Shown here one piece after another: positions 50,453-59,820 of a stretch of 64,000 nucleotides of DNA. Position 1 is the stretch's first letter, and each line of letters opens with the position of its first letter. The notes beneath the pieces are model-generated. The model had not been told where the DNA came from, ran no database searches, and was given only the letters and a program-made list of their open reading frames with translations. The stretch is from a virus, in IMG/VR virus record IMGVR_UViG_3300018429_000060, positions 1 through 64,000 of that record. One strand, 5' to 3'. Position numbers and translations under genes: made by a program.

Positions 50453-50481
50453 TTGTATTTGCGAGCGCAAACGCATAAGAT
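50453..50481 (+). promoter_or_regulatory. sigma70-type promoter
   Basis: TTGTAT-17 bp-TAAGAT with overlapping TTTGCG-ag-CGCAAA palindrome. Confidence 0.7.
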
Positions 50482-50567
50482 TGATCATGAAGAAATAGCA
50501 CAGCCCCACCCGGCGCGCCTGGAAGCAAAACCGGATGGAGCTGCCCGAACACCCGAAGGAGTCCTGT

Positions 50568-51794
50568 ATGTCAGCCTACGCCGGCACGCCCCAGTTGACG
50601 CGCCCGCTGCAGCCCTACCCCCTGGTCACCGACACCCCCACCGGCGACGTGGAGCCCCCGTTCATCCTCGTCGAGGGCGCCGAGAAGTCGGGCAAGTCGT
50701 GGGAGGTCGCCAAGTTCACCGGCGACCCGCGCATCCTCTACACCTGGTGGATCGAGTGGGGCGAGAAGCCCTGCGCCAAGGAGTACGGCGCCATCCCCGG
50801 TGCCCGCTACGAGGTCGTGCGCCACGACGGCTCGTTCTGGTCGGTGCTGTCGCTGGTCGAGCAGATCACCGAGCTGGCCCGCGCCATGATCACCACCGAG
50901 GCCGCGCCGATGATCGTCATCGACACCATGTCCGGCGAGTGGCGCTCCCTGAAGGACCTCGCGCACCGGCGCACCATGGCCTCGCCCAGTGTGCTGCGCA
51001 AGATCGAGCGCAACCCGGCCGCCGTGGCTGATGCCCACACGATCCACAGCAACACGTGGAACGACGTCATCGACCTGCACTACGAGCTGGTCCGGTTGCT
51101 GCAGGGGTTCCCCGGCGTGGCCGTGATGATCTCCCGCGGTAAGGAGGTCACCGCGTTCGACGACGCCGGCCGCCCGGTCCCCGGCGAGAAGACCTACCGG
51201 GTCGAGGGCCAGAAGGATCTCGCCTTCGACGCGTCGGCCTGGGTGCGGATGTCGCGCGACGGCAACCACAGCGTCGTCGCCGCCCGCTCGGCGCGGGCGC
51301 CACGTCGTCCCAACGCCACCCAGCCCGGCGAGTACCGCGGCCTGGGGTGGCTGGTGTTCGACAAGCTGCAGTACCAGCCGCGGCCTTGGACGCCGCCGCC
51401 CGCTGCTCCCGTGCAGCCCACCGGCCCGGCCCGGCCCCCGGCGGCGTCGCCGCAGGAGCCGCGCACCGTCGGCGGTCGCCAGATGGTCGTGCACGACTGG
51501 GCCGCCGAGCTGGAGCGGGTCAACGGCACCGAGAACCTGCGCGAGCGCTACGACCGCCTCACCGAGCTGTGGTCGGCCGCCAGCCTGGCCAACGCCGGCC
51601 AGCCCATCCGCGACGAGATCGCCGCCGCCGGCCGCGTCGCCGCGGCCGAGCTGGGCATTCCACCCAAGGAGCCCGGCGCCGCCGCACCGGCTGACACCCC
51701 GGACCCCACCCCGGACACCACCGAGGCCACCGCACCGGCCACCGCACCGGCCGCCGCGGCGACCACCGAGCCGCCGAGCGAGGTGTCGTCATGA
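50568..51794 (+). CDS. AAA-family ATPase (phage recombination-type)
   Basis: Walker A 'EGAEKSGKS', Walker B 'IVIDT'; AAGGAG RBS. Confidence 0.75.
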   Translation: MSAYAGTPQLTRPLQPYPLVTDTPTGDVEPPFILVEGAEKSGKSWEVAKFTGDPRILYTWWIEWGEKPCAKEYGAIPGARYEVVRHDGSFWSVLSLVEQITELARAMITTEAAPMIVIDTMSGEWRSLKDLAHRRTMASPSVLRKIERNPAAVADAHTIHSNTWNDVIDLHYELVRLLQGFPGVAVMISRGKEVTAFDDAGRPVPGEKTYRVEGQKDLAFDASAWVRMSRDGNHSVVAARSARAPRRPNATQPGEYRGLGWLVFDKLQYQPRPWTPPPAAPVQPTGPARPPAASPQEPRTVGGRQMVVHDWAAELERVNGTENLRERYDRLTELWSAASLANAGQPIRDEIAAAGRVAAAELGIPPKEPGAAAPADTPDPTPDTTEATAPATAPAAAATTEPPSEVSS

Positions 51795-52600
51795 CCGCCG
51801 CCACCACCCGGCGGCCGCGTCGCAGCCGCTACAGCGAGGCCGAGCAGGCCGAACGGGCCGCCCACGACGCCCACGTCAGCGCCGTGGCCGACCAGGTGCT
51901 GACCGACCCGGCGGCGGTGGCCCAGCTCATCCGCCAGCTCGGCGGCTCCTGCACCTCGCCGCGTGTGCTGCGCTACAGCCTGCGCAACCAGATCCTGGTG
52001 CACACCCAGGCCCGCGACCGCGGCATCGCGCTGGTCGACGTCGACTCGGTGCGCGGTTGGCGCCAACGCGGCCGCGGTGTGCGCCGCGGCGAGCGGGGCC
52101 TGCGCATCGTCGCGCCCATGGGCACCGACGCCGCCGCCGACACCCCCGAGGGTGCCGAGGCCCAGCCCGCCGACCCCGTTGCCGAGAGCACCGGTCGGCC
52201 GCTATTCCGCATGGTCAGCGTGTTCGACATCTCCCAGACCGACGGCGCCGACAACGCCGCCGACAACGCCGCCGGCAACGCCGGCGGCCCCGAGGAGCTG
52301 ACCGGGCACGCGGCCACCACCGCCGACGTCGGCGCGGCCGCGCAGCTGCCCGGCGACATCCACCACACCGCGCTGACCGAGGAGATCACCCGCCGCGAGT
52401 ACCGCATCGTCTGGTCCGTCCGCGACCCCGCCGACCCGGTCACCCCGCTCGACGTCCGGGTGGACCACACCGCGCGGATCGTCGACCTGCCGCACGAGCT
52501 GCTGCTCGGCCCCGACACCGACCGCGCCGCCGGGCTGAGCGTCGGCATGGCGCAGATCCTCACCCACCGCCCCACCGCCACCGGGGCAGGTGCGCGATGA
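51791..52600 (+). CDS. ArdC-like ssDNA-binding/antirestriction N-terminal domain protein
   Basis: 'YSLRNQILV', 'W...GR.VRRGERG..I.AP', 'FRMVSVFDISQT'. Confidence 0.8.
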   Translation: MTAATTRRPRRSRYSEAEQAERAAHDAHVSAVADQVLTDPAAVAQLIRQLGGSCTSPRVLRYSLRNQILVHTQARDRGIALVDVDSVRGWRQRGRGVRRGERGLRIVAPMGTDAAADTPEGAEAQPADPVAESTGRPLFRMVSVFDISQTDGADNAADNAAGNAGGPEELTGHAATTADVGAAAQLPGDIHHTALTEEITRREYRIVWSVRDPADPVTPLDVRVDHTARIVDLPHELLLGPDTDRAAGLSVGMAQILTHRPTATGAGAR

Positions 52601-53589
52601 CGATCACCATCACCCACACCTACGCCGAGGGCACCCTGCTCGACGGCACCACCAAGCCCGACTTCGCCAAGGGCACCGGCCCGCGGCAGGTGCTCGACAC
52701 CTACGCGTGGCGGTGGGGCCACAGCATCGGCTGCTGGTACCAGCGCAACAGCCGCGACCGGCCGGCGTACACGTACCGCATCGAGCGGACCGCCGAGCAG
52801 CTGCGCGAGCTGGGGTTCACCGTCGAGGTGAGCATCGACAACGAGCCGCGGCCGATGTCCGACCAGGAGGCGGCCCGCGCCGACCGCATGGACGGCCGCG
52901 CGGCGGCCCTGCACGACAAGGCCGACCGCCGGGCCAGCGCCGCCGCCGGGCGGCAGGCCGCGGCCGATCAGATCGCCAACAGCATCCCGTTCGGGCAGCC
53001 GATCCTCGTCGGACACCACTCCGAGCGGCGCCACCGCCGCGACCTGGACCGGATGCACACCAACCAGGGCAAGGCGCTGCAGCTCGGCCGCGAGGCCGAC
53101 CAGGCCGCCGCCGGCGCGGCCTCGGCCGAACGGCACATGCAGCACCGCTACAACCCGGTCACCGTGGCCAACCGCATCCACGAGCTGCAGGCCGAGCTGC
53201 GGCGCTACGAGCGGGAGATGGGACCGGAGGCCAGCGAGGCGACGGTGGCGCACTACGAGCCGCTGCGCGCCGACGCCGCTACCCGGCTGCAGCACTGGCA
53301 GCAGGTCCGCGCCGAGCAGATCGCCTCCGGTGAGGTCGTCGAGTACGGACCGGACAACGTCCACGTCGGCGACTGGGTCGGTGGCTGGGGTTCCGGCTGG
53401 TACGAGGTGGCCAAGGTCAACCGCGCCACCGTCACCTGCAACACCCAACGCTCGGCCATGCCGCCCTACCAGTGGCTGACCAACAAGGTGCCCTACCGCC
53501 GGATCACCGGGCTGCGCACCGCGCAGGACATGGCCACCCGCCGCGCCGCCACGACCGACCCCGCCGAGGCGGGGGGTGAGCGGTCGTGA
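52597..53589 (+). CDS. DUF3560 domain protein
   Basis: 'IPFGQPILVGHHSERRHRRDLDR' signature. Confidence 0.85.
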   Translation: MTITITHTYAEGTLLDGTTKPDFAKGTGPRQVLDTYAWRWGHSIGCWYQRNSRDRPAYTYRIERTAEQLRELGFTVEVSIDNEPRPMSDQEAARADRMDGRAAALHDKADRRASAAAGRQAAADQIANSIPFGQPILVGHHSERRHRRDLDRMHTNQGKALQLGREADQAAAGAASAERHMQHRYNPVTVANRIHELQAELRRYEREMGPEASEATVAHYEPLRADAATRLQHWQQVRAEQIASGEVVEYGPDNVHVGDWVGGWGSGWYEVAKVNRATVTCNTQRSAMPPYQWLTNKVPYRRITGLRTAQDMATRRAATTDPAEAGGERS

Positions 53590-53882
53590 GCTGGGACGAC
53601 CTGTGGCCCGAGCGCGACGGCCTGGCCTGGGACGGGTCGTGGTCGCCCGGCCTGCTGCCCCGCGGTGAGTCGCCGCCGACGGTCGACCTGGTGTGGCACG
53701 AGCACCAGTGCCCGGACGGCACGCGGGTGGTGTGCGCGTCGCAGTGGATCGCGATGACCCAAACCACCCTCGACCGGTGGTACGTCGGCGAGTACCACAT
53801 CGCGACGTCCTCGCGGGTGCAGGAGAACACCGTGCCGCCCGACTTCGGCTGGGTCGACCAGCAGGCCAGCGTCGCCTCATGA
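53586..53882 (+). CDS. hypothetical Trp/acidic-rich small protein
   Basis: GTGA coupled. Confidence 0.5.
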   Translation: MSWDDLWPERDGLAWDGSWSPGLLPRGESPPTVDLVWHEHQCPDGTRVVCASQWIAMTQTTLDRWYVGEYHIATSSRVQENTVPPDFGWVDQQASVAS

Positions 53883-53978
53883 GCGGTCAGGGGTGGCGCC
53901 GGCCGGGTCGCCGACGGCGGCGCCACCCCTTCACGATCCCCCGCCGGCGAGAGCCGCGAACCAGAGGAGGTTCCCGCA

Positions 53979-54656
53979 ATGACCACCGCCCCGGACACCT
54001 GTCAGGTCGGAGACCCTGACCCGACCCCGGACATCGCCCCACTGCACGGGATGTGCGGCGCCGAGGACCAGGACTGGACCTGCACCCGGTACGCCGGCCA
54101 CGCCGGCAGCCAGCACGTCGCCGGCTGCCTCGGCGTGGTGCGCCACGTCTGGCCCTGGGCGCCCGGTTGGCACCGCGGCCGCGCCCGGATCAGCGCCCGC
54201 AGCGACGGTGGCGTCACCGTCCTGTGCCCCCTCGGCCACCTCGTCACCGCCGCCGCCCCCGGCCACTGGGCCGGCAGCGACCTGGCCGCGCGCATTGGTT
54301 TCGGCTGGGACGTCGAGTGCACCGGAGCCACCAGCCCACCCCCAACCCCTGTGAGCATCACCCGAGAGGAGAACCCCATGTCCACCGGCATCAGGTGGTC
54401 CGACTTCAGCGACGCCCAGCGCGCCGAGCTGACCACCTACCTCGAGACCGACCCCCGCGGCAAGGCCGTCGCCGACTACGCCGGCGACGACCCCGAGTTC
54501 CGGCTGTGGCTGCTGCGCGTCGACGCGGCCTGCGGCAAGCGCCTTCAGCTGTCGATGTTCGACCTGGCCGACTTCTGCTGGCGCGACGAGTACGACGCCG
54601 ACGCGGCGCCCCGTGAGGCGCTGTCCGCCGCGATCGCCGCGGAAGGACTCGGCTGA
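53979..54656 (+). CDS. hypothetical protein (probable two-gene fusion)
   Basis: GAGGAGG RBS; second in-frame RBS + ATG at 54378. Confidence 0.55.
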   Translation: MTTAPDTCQVGDPDPTPDIAPLHGMCGAEDQDWTCTRYAGHAGSQHVAGCLGVVRHVWPWAPGWHRGRARISARSDGGVTVLCPLGHLVTAAAPGHWAGSDLAARIGFGWDVECTGATSPPPTPVSITREENPMSTGIRWSDFSDAQRAELTTYLETDPRGKAVADYAGDDPEFRLWLLRVDAACGKRLQLSMFDLADFCWRDEYDADAAPREALSAAIAAEGLG

Positions 54657-54726
54657 TGACCACCCACCTCCACGGGTTCGCGGACACCCGACCGAGGGTG
54701 ACTTCAACCCCAAACCGAGACGTGCG

Positions 54727-54740
54727 CATGATATGATTAC
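54727..54740 (+). promoter_or_regulatory. extended -10 motif CATGATATGATTAC
   Basis: identical 14-mer to 49544-49557. Confidence 0.6.
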
Positions 54741-54779
54741 CTCAATATACCTTTACGCTGTGCTCGGAAAGGACCTCCG

Positions 54780-55217
54780 TTGACCTTCGCCACCTGCACA
54801 TACACCGAATACGATCCGGCCACCATGGGTGGCCTGCCTGTGAGGACCACGGTCGGCAACGTCCGATTCAAGCTGCGGTACCCGCTGGAGCACAAGATGC
54901 CGGCGATCTACCCCGCCCGCACGATCCTGAAGCTCCCGCAGCCGGACTTCACCATCGCCTACCTGGCCGCGCTGACCACCTACGGCGTCGACGGCATCCG
55001 CCGCGACGCCGCGGCCATCAGGGCCGCCGCCGGCGTCGACGAGTCCACCCGCCTGGTGGCCCTGTGCTTCGACAGGTTGGGTGTTCCGGGGAAGCCGGCG
55101 TGGTGTCACCGGACCCTGTTCGCCCGCTGGTGGACCGAGCAGACCGGTGAGGAGGTCCCCGAGTACGGCGCCGTGCTCACCCCCGAGATCCGCGCCGATC
55201 AGCACGACCTGTTCTGA
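54780..55217 (+). CDS. DUF488-like protein
   Basis: 'LVALCF...WCHR..FA.W' motif; AAAGGA RBS. Confidence 0.55.
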   Translation: MTFATCTYTEYDPATMGGLPVRTTVGNVRFKLRYPLEHKMPAIYPARTILKLPQPDFTIAYLAALTTYGVDGIRRDAAAIRAAAGVDESTRLVALCFDRLGVPGKPAWCHRTLFARWWTEQTGEEVPEYGAVLTPEIRADQHDLF

Positions 55218-55307
55218 CCTCCGTCGGCCAGGCCGGCGGTTCGCCGCCGGCGCCGCCGACAAAGCGCGACCCATCACGGCCAATCAATGCCCCCAATTCT
55301 TTGGTGA

Positions 55308-55349
55308 AACTGGCATTCAGAAGTGCGGCGGATTAGGATATTGGTATCA
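55308..55349 (+). promoter_or_regulatory. repeated promoter copy 1
   Basis: AAC-TGGCAT-17 bp-TAGGAT-ATTGGTATCA. Confidence 0.7.
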
Positions 55350-55420
55350 CCATCCAGTATCAACCAAAACCAGTTGAGAACCCTATTCCACCCCGGCAAT
55401 CCTCGAGAGAATGTGTGCCA

Positions 55421-55909
55421 ATGCCTGCCACTGCACTACACGCCCGACTCGACGCGCTGTTGCGCACCGAATCGCAGATGAGCGCGAGACTCCACCAGAT
55501 GGACGCCGGCGAGGACGCGGCCGCGCAGGCCAAGGCCGCCGCGCTGGCGGACCGCGCGGAGTTGCACGCCGAGATCGTCACCATCGTGCACCAGCTCGAC
55601 GCGCTGCTGCGCACCGCCTGCGTGGCCCCGCCGGCGGCGTGGGTACCTCAGTTCCCGTCGCCGACGAGTGAGGTCGTCGTCCTGCACGTCCCGCTGGTCG
55701 GGTACGACGCCAAGCTGTTCCTCGCCGGCGTGCGGGCCAGCCAGATCGACCTGACGGTCGTCGACCTGACGAGCCGCTGGACCCACGCCGAGTGGACCGA
55801 GCAGCGCGCCAGGGCTCTGGTCGACAGGTCACCAGCGGCGGCCGCGGCGATCGAGGATTGGTTCGCTCTGGCGGGCGGGCACCTGCACCCCGACCCCGCT
55901 GAATCCTGA
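55421..55909 (+). CDS. hypothetical protein
   Basis: follows promoter copy 1. Confidence 0.55.
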   Translation: MPATALHARLDALLRTESQMSARLHQMDAGEDAAAQAKAAALADRAELHAEIVTIVHQLDALLRTACVAPPAAWVPQFPSPTSEVVVLHVPLVGYDAKLFLAGVRASQIDLTVVDLTSRWTHAEWTEQRARALVDRSPAAAAAIEDWFALAGGHLHPDPAES

Positions 55910-55932
55910 CCCAACGCAATTGCAATTGCCCT

Positions 55933-55990
55933 GAATAGGGCCGGATAAGCCACTCATTAACTGGCTAATCCGGCCCTATTCCATTAGGAT
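55933..55990 (+). promoter_or_regulatory. repeated promoter copy 2 inside a long hairpin
   Basis: AAC-TGGCTA-17 bp-TAGGAT; 14+5 bp stem spanning 55933-55981. Confidence 0.7.
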
Positions 55991-56047
55991 TAGGACATAG
56001 CCCGAATTGATCCCCCTATTCATTGTGCGCGAATTGAGGTATGCGTC

Positions 56048-56365
56048 ATGGACGTTCTGATCGGCCTGTTCTTCATCTTTGTGGTGCCGGCCATCACTTA
56101 CTGGCGTGGGCGGCGCAGCGGCTACCGCCGCCACGCCGCGCAAACCGCCGCGGCGCCGGCCCCCGACGGCACGCTGTGGTGCCAGTGCGGCGGCACCCTC
56201 GCCCACCACAGCCCGGCCACCGGCCGCTGTGCCCACGTCGTGTACGTCGCCGGGCCCGCCGGCCCCGAACAGCGGGCGTGCACCTGCCAGTGGTTCGTCG
56301 ACCGCGCCGACCCGTACTCGCCGCCGCCGCCGGCCTACTCCCCGCCCTTCCCGCCCGCCGCCTGA
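56048..56365 (+). CDS. small membrane-anchored Cys/His-rich protein
   Basis: N-terminal TM helix; CxC...HH...C...CxC. Confidence 0.55.
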   Translation: MDVLIGLFFIFVVPAITYWRGRRSGYRRHAAQTAAAPAPDGTLWCQCGGTLAHHSPATGRCAHVVYVAGPAGPEQRACTCQWFVDRADPYSPPPPAYSPPFPPAA

Positions 56366-56408
56366 CCCCCGAACGACCCCGACAGACCCGACGAGGAGAC
56401 CCACCGCC

Positions 56409-56918
56409 ATGACCCGGATCTACGCCCGGCTGCGCATTCTCAGCGGCCCCGACCTCGACGGCGTGCTGGTCGGCCACAGCGGCCGCGCCGCGTTCGAGAC
56501 CGTTGTCCGCGCCCGGCGCGGCCTCACCACGTCCATGATCACGCCGGTGCTCACGCGGTTCTCCCGCGTGTACGTGGCGCAGGTGGGCGGCAACAAGGCC
56601 GACAACACCGTCGACCTCGCCCTGGAGGCCGGCGGCTACCGCCGGCTCACCCTGCAGGACCTGACCCTCGGCTACCAGCCGCGGGTGCCCCTGTCGCGCC
56701 TGGACAAGACGCTCGCCGCGATCGCCGAGGACTACCCGGTCGGCAGCCCCACCCGGCAGCTCGCCGACGCGCTCGGCGAGGTGCTGGACCTGTGGGCGCT
56801 GCACCGCCGCGAGGGCACCGCCGCGGTTCCGCTGCAGCAGATCGACCAGGTCATCGGCGACCGGCTGCGGCCGCTGTTCCCCGCCTGGTCGCCCGACGAC
56901 GAGCCGGGGGGACCGTGA
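56409..56918 (+). CDS. hypothetical protein
   Basis: GAGGAG RBS. Confidence 0.55.
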   Translation: MTRIYARLRILSGPDLDGVLVGHSGRAAFETVVRARRGLTTSMITPVLTRFSRVYVAQVGGNKADNTVDLALEAGGYRRLTLQDLTLGYQPRVPLSRLDKTLAAIAEDYPVGSPTRQLADALGEVLDLWALHRREGTAAVPLQQIDQVIGDRLRPLFPAWSPDDEPGGP

Positions 56919-57700
56919 TGGAGGTCGACGAGATGACGTGCGCCCACTGCGGCCGCGTCGGCACCCGCGCGTTCGTGCCGCTGCTGCCCGGCAGCAGCTC
57001 CACCTACGGACCCTGGCGGTGTCGCTGGGAGCCGGCCTGTATGCGGCGGTGGCAGGCCACGACCGCAGCCCTGGCGCCGGCACCGGCCCCCGTGGATCTG
57101 GACGCGCCCGCCCCACCCGCTGATCCCACCTGGGCGCCTGCGCCTGGCATTCCGTTGGAGGTTCCCGTGACCGATCGCGTACCCGACGCGCTCCCCCCGC
57201 ACATCATGACGGCCGCGCAGCGCTGCCACAGCCGGCTCCTGGACCACGGCTGCGACTTCGGCCTGCTGCTGACCGGCATCGCCACCTGGCAGGTGCGCTA
57301 CCTGCTGCCGGCCGCCACGGCCATCAGCATCAACTGGGACGAGCAGGTGCAGCTGCTGGCCGTGCACGCCGGCGACCGCACCCTGTGGCACGTCGACACC
57401 GATCCCGAGGAGCCCCCCGAGGGCGTGCCCGACAGCACGTGGACGGCGGCGCTCGACCGCATCGAGTGGATCCTGCACGACGCGCTGGACAGTGCAGGGC
57501 CCCACGACCTCGGCTGGCGCCCCCACACCCACGCCGACGGGTGGGAGCTGGAGCTGGCCGTGCACCCCGCCGGCGTGGACGTCCGCGCCGCGGATCTCGC
57601 CGCGCTCGACGAGCTCGCCGCCGCCACCGGCGGCTGGCACCGCCCCCCCGGCCCTGCGCCTGAACCGGCCGCGCCGGGCAGCACCAACACCACCAGTTGA
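56918..57700 (+). CDS. hypothetical protein (probable fusion)
   Basis: TGATG coupling; N-terminal CxxC; in-frame RBS + GTG at 57167. Confidence 0.5.
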   Translation: MEVDEMTCAHCGRVGTRAFVPLLPGSSSTYGPWRCRWEPACMRRWQATTAALAPAPAPVDLDAPAPPADPTWAPAPGIPLEVPVTDRVPDALPPHIMTAAQRCHSRLLDHGCDFGLLLTGIATWQVRYLLPAATAISINWDEQVQLLAVHAGDRTLWHVDTDPEEPPEGVPDSTWTAALDRIEWILHDALDSAGPHDLGWRPHTHADGWELELAVHPAGVDVRAADLAALDELAAATGGWHRPPGPAPEPAAPGSTNTTS

Positions 57701-57709
57701 GGAGCCCTC

Positions 57710-58588
57710 ATGTCCACCACGACCGTCCGCCGTGGTCGCCGCGCTGCGGTGACCGACGACCGCGTCCGCGAGATCCTGCGCACCGTCCAGATCACCGGCC
57801 TGCACCTCGCCCTGCCGGACCAGCTCGACCCGCGCGAGTACACCGCCGTCAACACGATCCTCACCGCTCTGGGCGGCCGCTGGCATTCCCGGCAGCGCGT
57901 CCACGTGTTCACCGTCGACCCGGCGCCGGCGCTGGCCGCCTACCTCGCCGGCAGCGCCGCGCCACGGCCACCGCAGCCGCCGCGCACCACCGAGGGCTAC
58001 GTGCCGACCCCACCCGCGCTGGCCGCCGAGATCCTGCGCCTGCACACCGACATCGGCGACCTCGACCCGGCCACCGGGGACCAGCTGCGGGTGCTGGAGC
58101 CGTCGGCCGGCGACGGCGTCTTCGTCCACGCCATCCTCGGCGTCGCACCGCGGCCGGTCGCGATCGAGGTGTTGGCGATCGAGCCCAACCCGGAGCGCGC
58201 CCGCCTGATCTGCCGCGACCGGCCGGACCCGAGGGTGACCGTCCTGATCGGCACCCTGGAGCAGTTCTGCCAGGCCCGCCGGACGCGTCTGGCCCACGAC
58301 GGCCCGCAGGGCAGCGAGCTGCGCCAGTTCGACCTGGTGGTGATGAACCCGCCGTTCGCCGTCCCCGGCCGGTCCAGTCTGTGGATCGACCACCTCACCC
58401 TCGCCTGGGACCTGCTCGCGCCGGGCGGGACGATGGTGGCGATCGTGCCCGAGTCGCTGGACTATCGCCGCGACCGCCGCCACGACGAGATCCGCGACCT
58501 CATCGAGAGCCACGGCGCGCACCGGCCGCTGGCCCCCGGCGCGTTCACCTCGGTCCACGCCAGGGTGGCGTGGGCCGAGAAGCCCTGA
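57710..58588 (+). CDS. N6-adenine DNA methyltransferase (orphan)
   Basis: 'YVPTP', 'VLEPSAGDG' (motif I), 'VVMNPPF' (motif IV). Confidence 0.85.
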   Translation: MSTTTVRRGRRAAVTDDRVREILRTVQITGLHLALPDQLDPREYTAVNTILTALGGRWHSRQRVHVFTVDPAPALAAYLAGSAAPRPPQPPRTTEGYVPTPPALAAEILRLHTDIGDLDPATGDQLRVLEPSAGDGVFVHAILGVAPRPVAIEVLAIEPNPERARLICRDRPDPRVTVLIGTLEQFCQARRTRLAHDGPQGSELRQFDLVVMNPPFAVPGRSSLWIDHLTLAWDLLAPGGTMVAIVPESLDYRRDRRHDEIRDLIESHGAHRPLAPGAFTSVHARVAWAEKP

Positions 58589-58660
58589 CCCTCTCCCCCG
58601 CGCACCGCCGGAATAGCGCGCAAAACAATTGCGAAAATTGACCCCATAAATGGGTTCATT

Positions 58661-58703
58661 AACTGGCTATTGGCGCGCCATTGGATTATGATATTGGTAT
58701 CAG
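58661..58703 (+). promoter_or_regulatory. repeated promoter copy 3
   Basis: AAC-TGGCTA-17 bp-TATGAT-ATTGGTATCAG; spacer contains the palindrome TGGCGCGCCA. Confidence 0.7.
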
Positions 58704-58737
58704 ATAACGAGCAATAAGACATAGAACGGGAGATGTC

Positions 58738-58923
58738 ATGTACGAGGTTGAGGAGCCCGAGCACTGCGAGGTCTGCGGCCACTTTCACCGTGAGCCGGTC
58801 TGTTCCCCGGAGGCTCCTCTGTTCGCTCCCGGCGAGTCGTGCGGCTCGTACCTCTGCTGCCAGCCCGGCGGGTTCGGCGAGGGTCACCGGCCCGGCCGGT
58901 CGTACCTGCGCTACCAGCCCTGA
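58738..58923 (+). CDS. small Cys-rich protein
   Basis: GGGAG RBS; first gene after promoter copy 3. Confidence 0.5.
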   Translation: MYEVEEPEHCEVCGHFHREPVCSPEAPLFAPGESCGSYLCCQPGGFGEGHRPGRSYLRYQP

Positions 58924-58941
58924 CCCCCACGAAAGGACGTC

Positions 58942-59112
58942 ATGCACTCCTCCTGCGACCGGGCGCCCATGGCGGGGCGGGAGCCCCGCACCCCGATCTG
59001 CTGCCTCACCCACGACCGCGCCAACTACCGGCGGCGCTCCCGGCGCCGCCAGGGCCGTGAGACCCGTCGCCTGGGCGACGCGGCGATCGCCGCCCGCTCC
59101 GCCGCCCGCTGA
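58942..59112 (+). CDS. small Arg-rich protein (56 aa, not in ORF track)
   Basis: AAAGGA RBS + ATG at 58942. Confidence 0.45.
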   Translation: MHSSCDRAPMAGREPRTPICCLTHDRANYRRRSRRRQGRETRRLGDAAIAARSAAR

Positions 59113-59148
59113 CCCCCCCGTCGACCAACCCCGGAAGGAGCCCCCGAC

Positions 59149-59337
59149 ATGCGCAACGCCCGCGGCCGCGGTGGTTGGCACCCCGACGCCCCGATGATCA
59201 CCAGCAAGCGGACGCTCGACCCCAACCCCAGCGCCGTGAAGCGCATCTCGTCCGCGCTCACCCGCAAGCGGCGCGCGGCCGACAGCCGCGCGGCCCGCCG
59301 TGCCCGCGTCCACCTCACCCGCGCCCACCAGGGCTGA
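59149..59337 (+). CDS. small Arg-rich protein
   Basis: AAGGAG RBS. Confidence 0.5.
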   Translation: MRNARGRGGWHPDAPMITSKRTLDPNPSAVKRISSALTRKRRAADSRAARRARVHLTRAHQG

Positions 59338-59363
59338 CCGCTCCAGCGAAAGGAGTCCCCATC

Positions 59364-59696
59364 ATGTCCACCCCGATCACCCCGGCGGCCGCGCCGGCGG
59401 CCGCGAGGCTGCTGAGCGGCCCCGAGGTGATGGCCCTCGCCGCGATCATCGCCGCGGCCCAGACCGGCGAGACGGTGGCGCGAGTGGACGCTGCGGAGCC
59501 CCGCGCGGGCGTGACCCGCGGCACCGCCCGCAGCGTCGGCGACCTCAACGGCGTGTTCCTCGCCGCCCACGCCGACGTGCGCGACTCCTACCTACGGGTC
59601 ACCACCGACCACGGCTGGGACGTGTTCTGGCCCGTCGCCGAGCTGGCCGCCGAGTACGTGACCGGCGAGTTCGTGATCCGCCCGGCCGCGGTCTGA
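59364..59696 (+). CDS. hypothetical protein
   Basis: AAAGGAG RBS. Confidence 0.55.
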   Translation: MSTPITPAAAPAAARLLSGPEVMALAAIIAAAQTGETVARVDAAEPRAGVTRGTARSVGDLNGVFLAAHADVRDSYLRVTTDHGWDVFWPVAELAAEYVTGEFVIRPAAV

Positions 59697-59714
59697 ACCA
59701 CCCCCGCGAAGCGC

Positions 59715-59820
59715 GAATGGGGCGCCATCAATTGTGAGTGGTACCACACACAATTAATGGCGCCCAATTCCCTTTATAACTGGCATTCACAAGGGCGGTC
59801 AATTAGGATAATGGTGTTAG
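59715..59820 (+). promoter_or_regulatory. 56-bp palindrome plus repeated promoter copy 4
   Basis: 28-bp arms with 3 mismatches (59715-59770); AAC-TGGCAT-17 bp-TAGGAT at 59778-59809. Confidence 0.7.

Noticed and set aside
52248-52290. 12-bp tandem repeat (GACAACGCCGCC) and poly-GGC tracts at about 23180-23305
   Set aside because: Low-complexity linker coding, not a CRISPR or regulatory array
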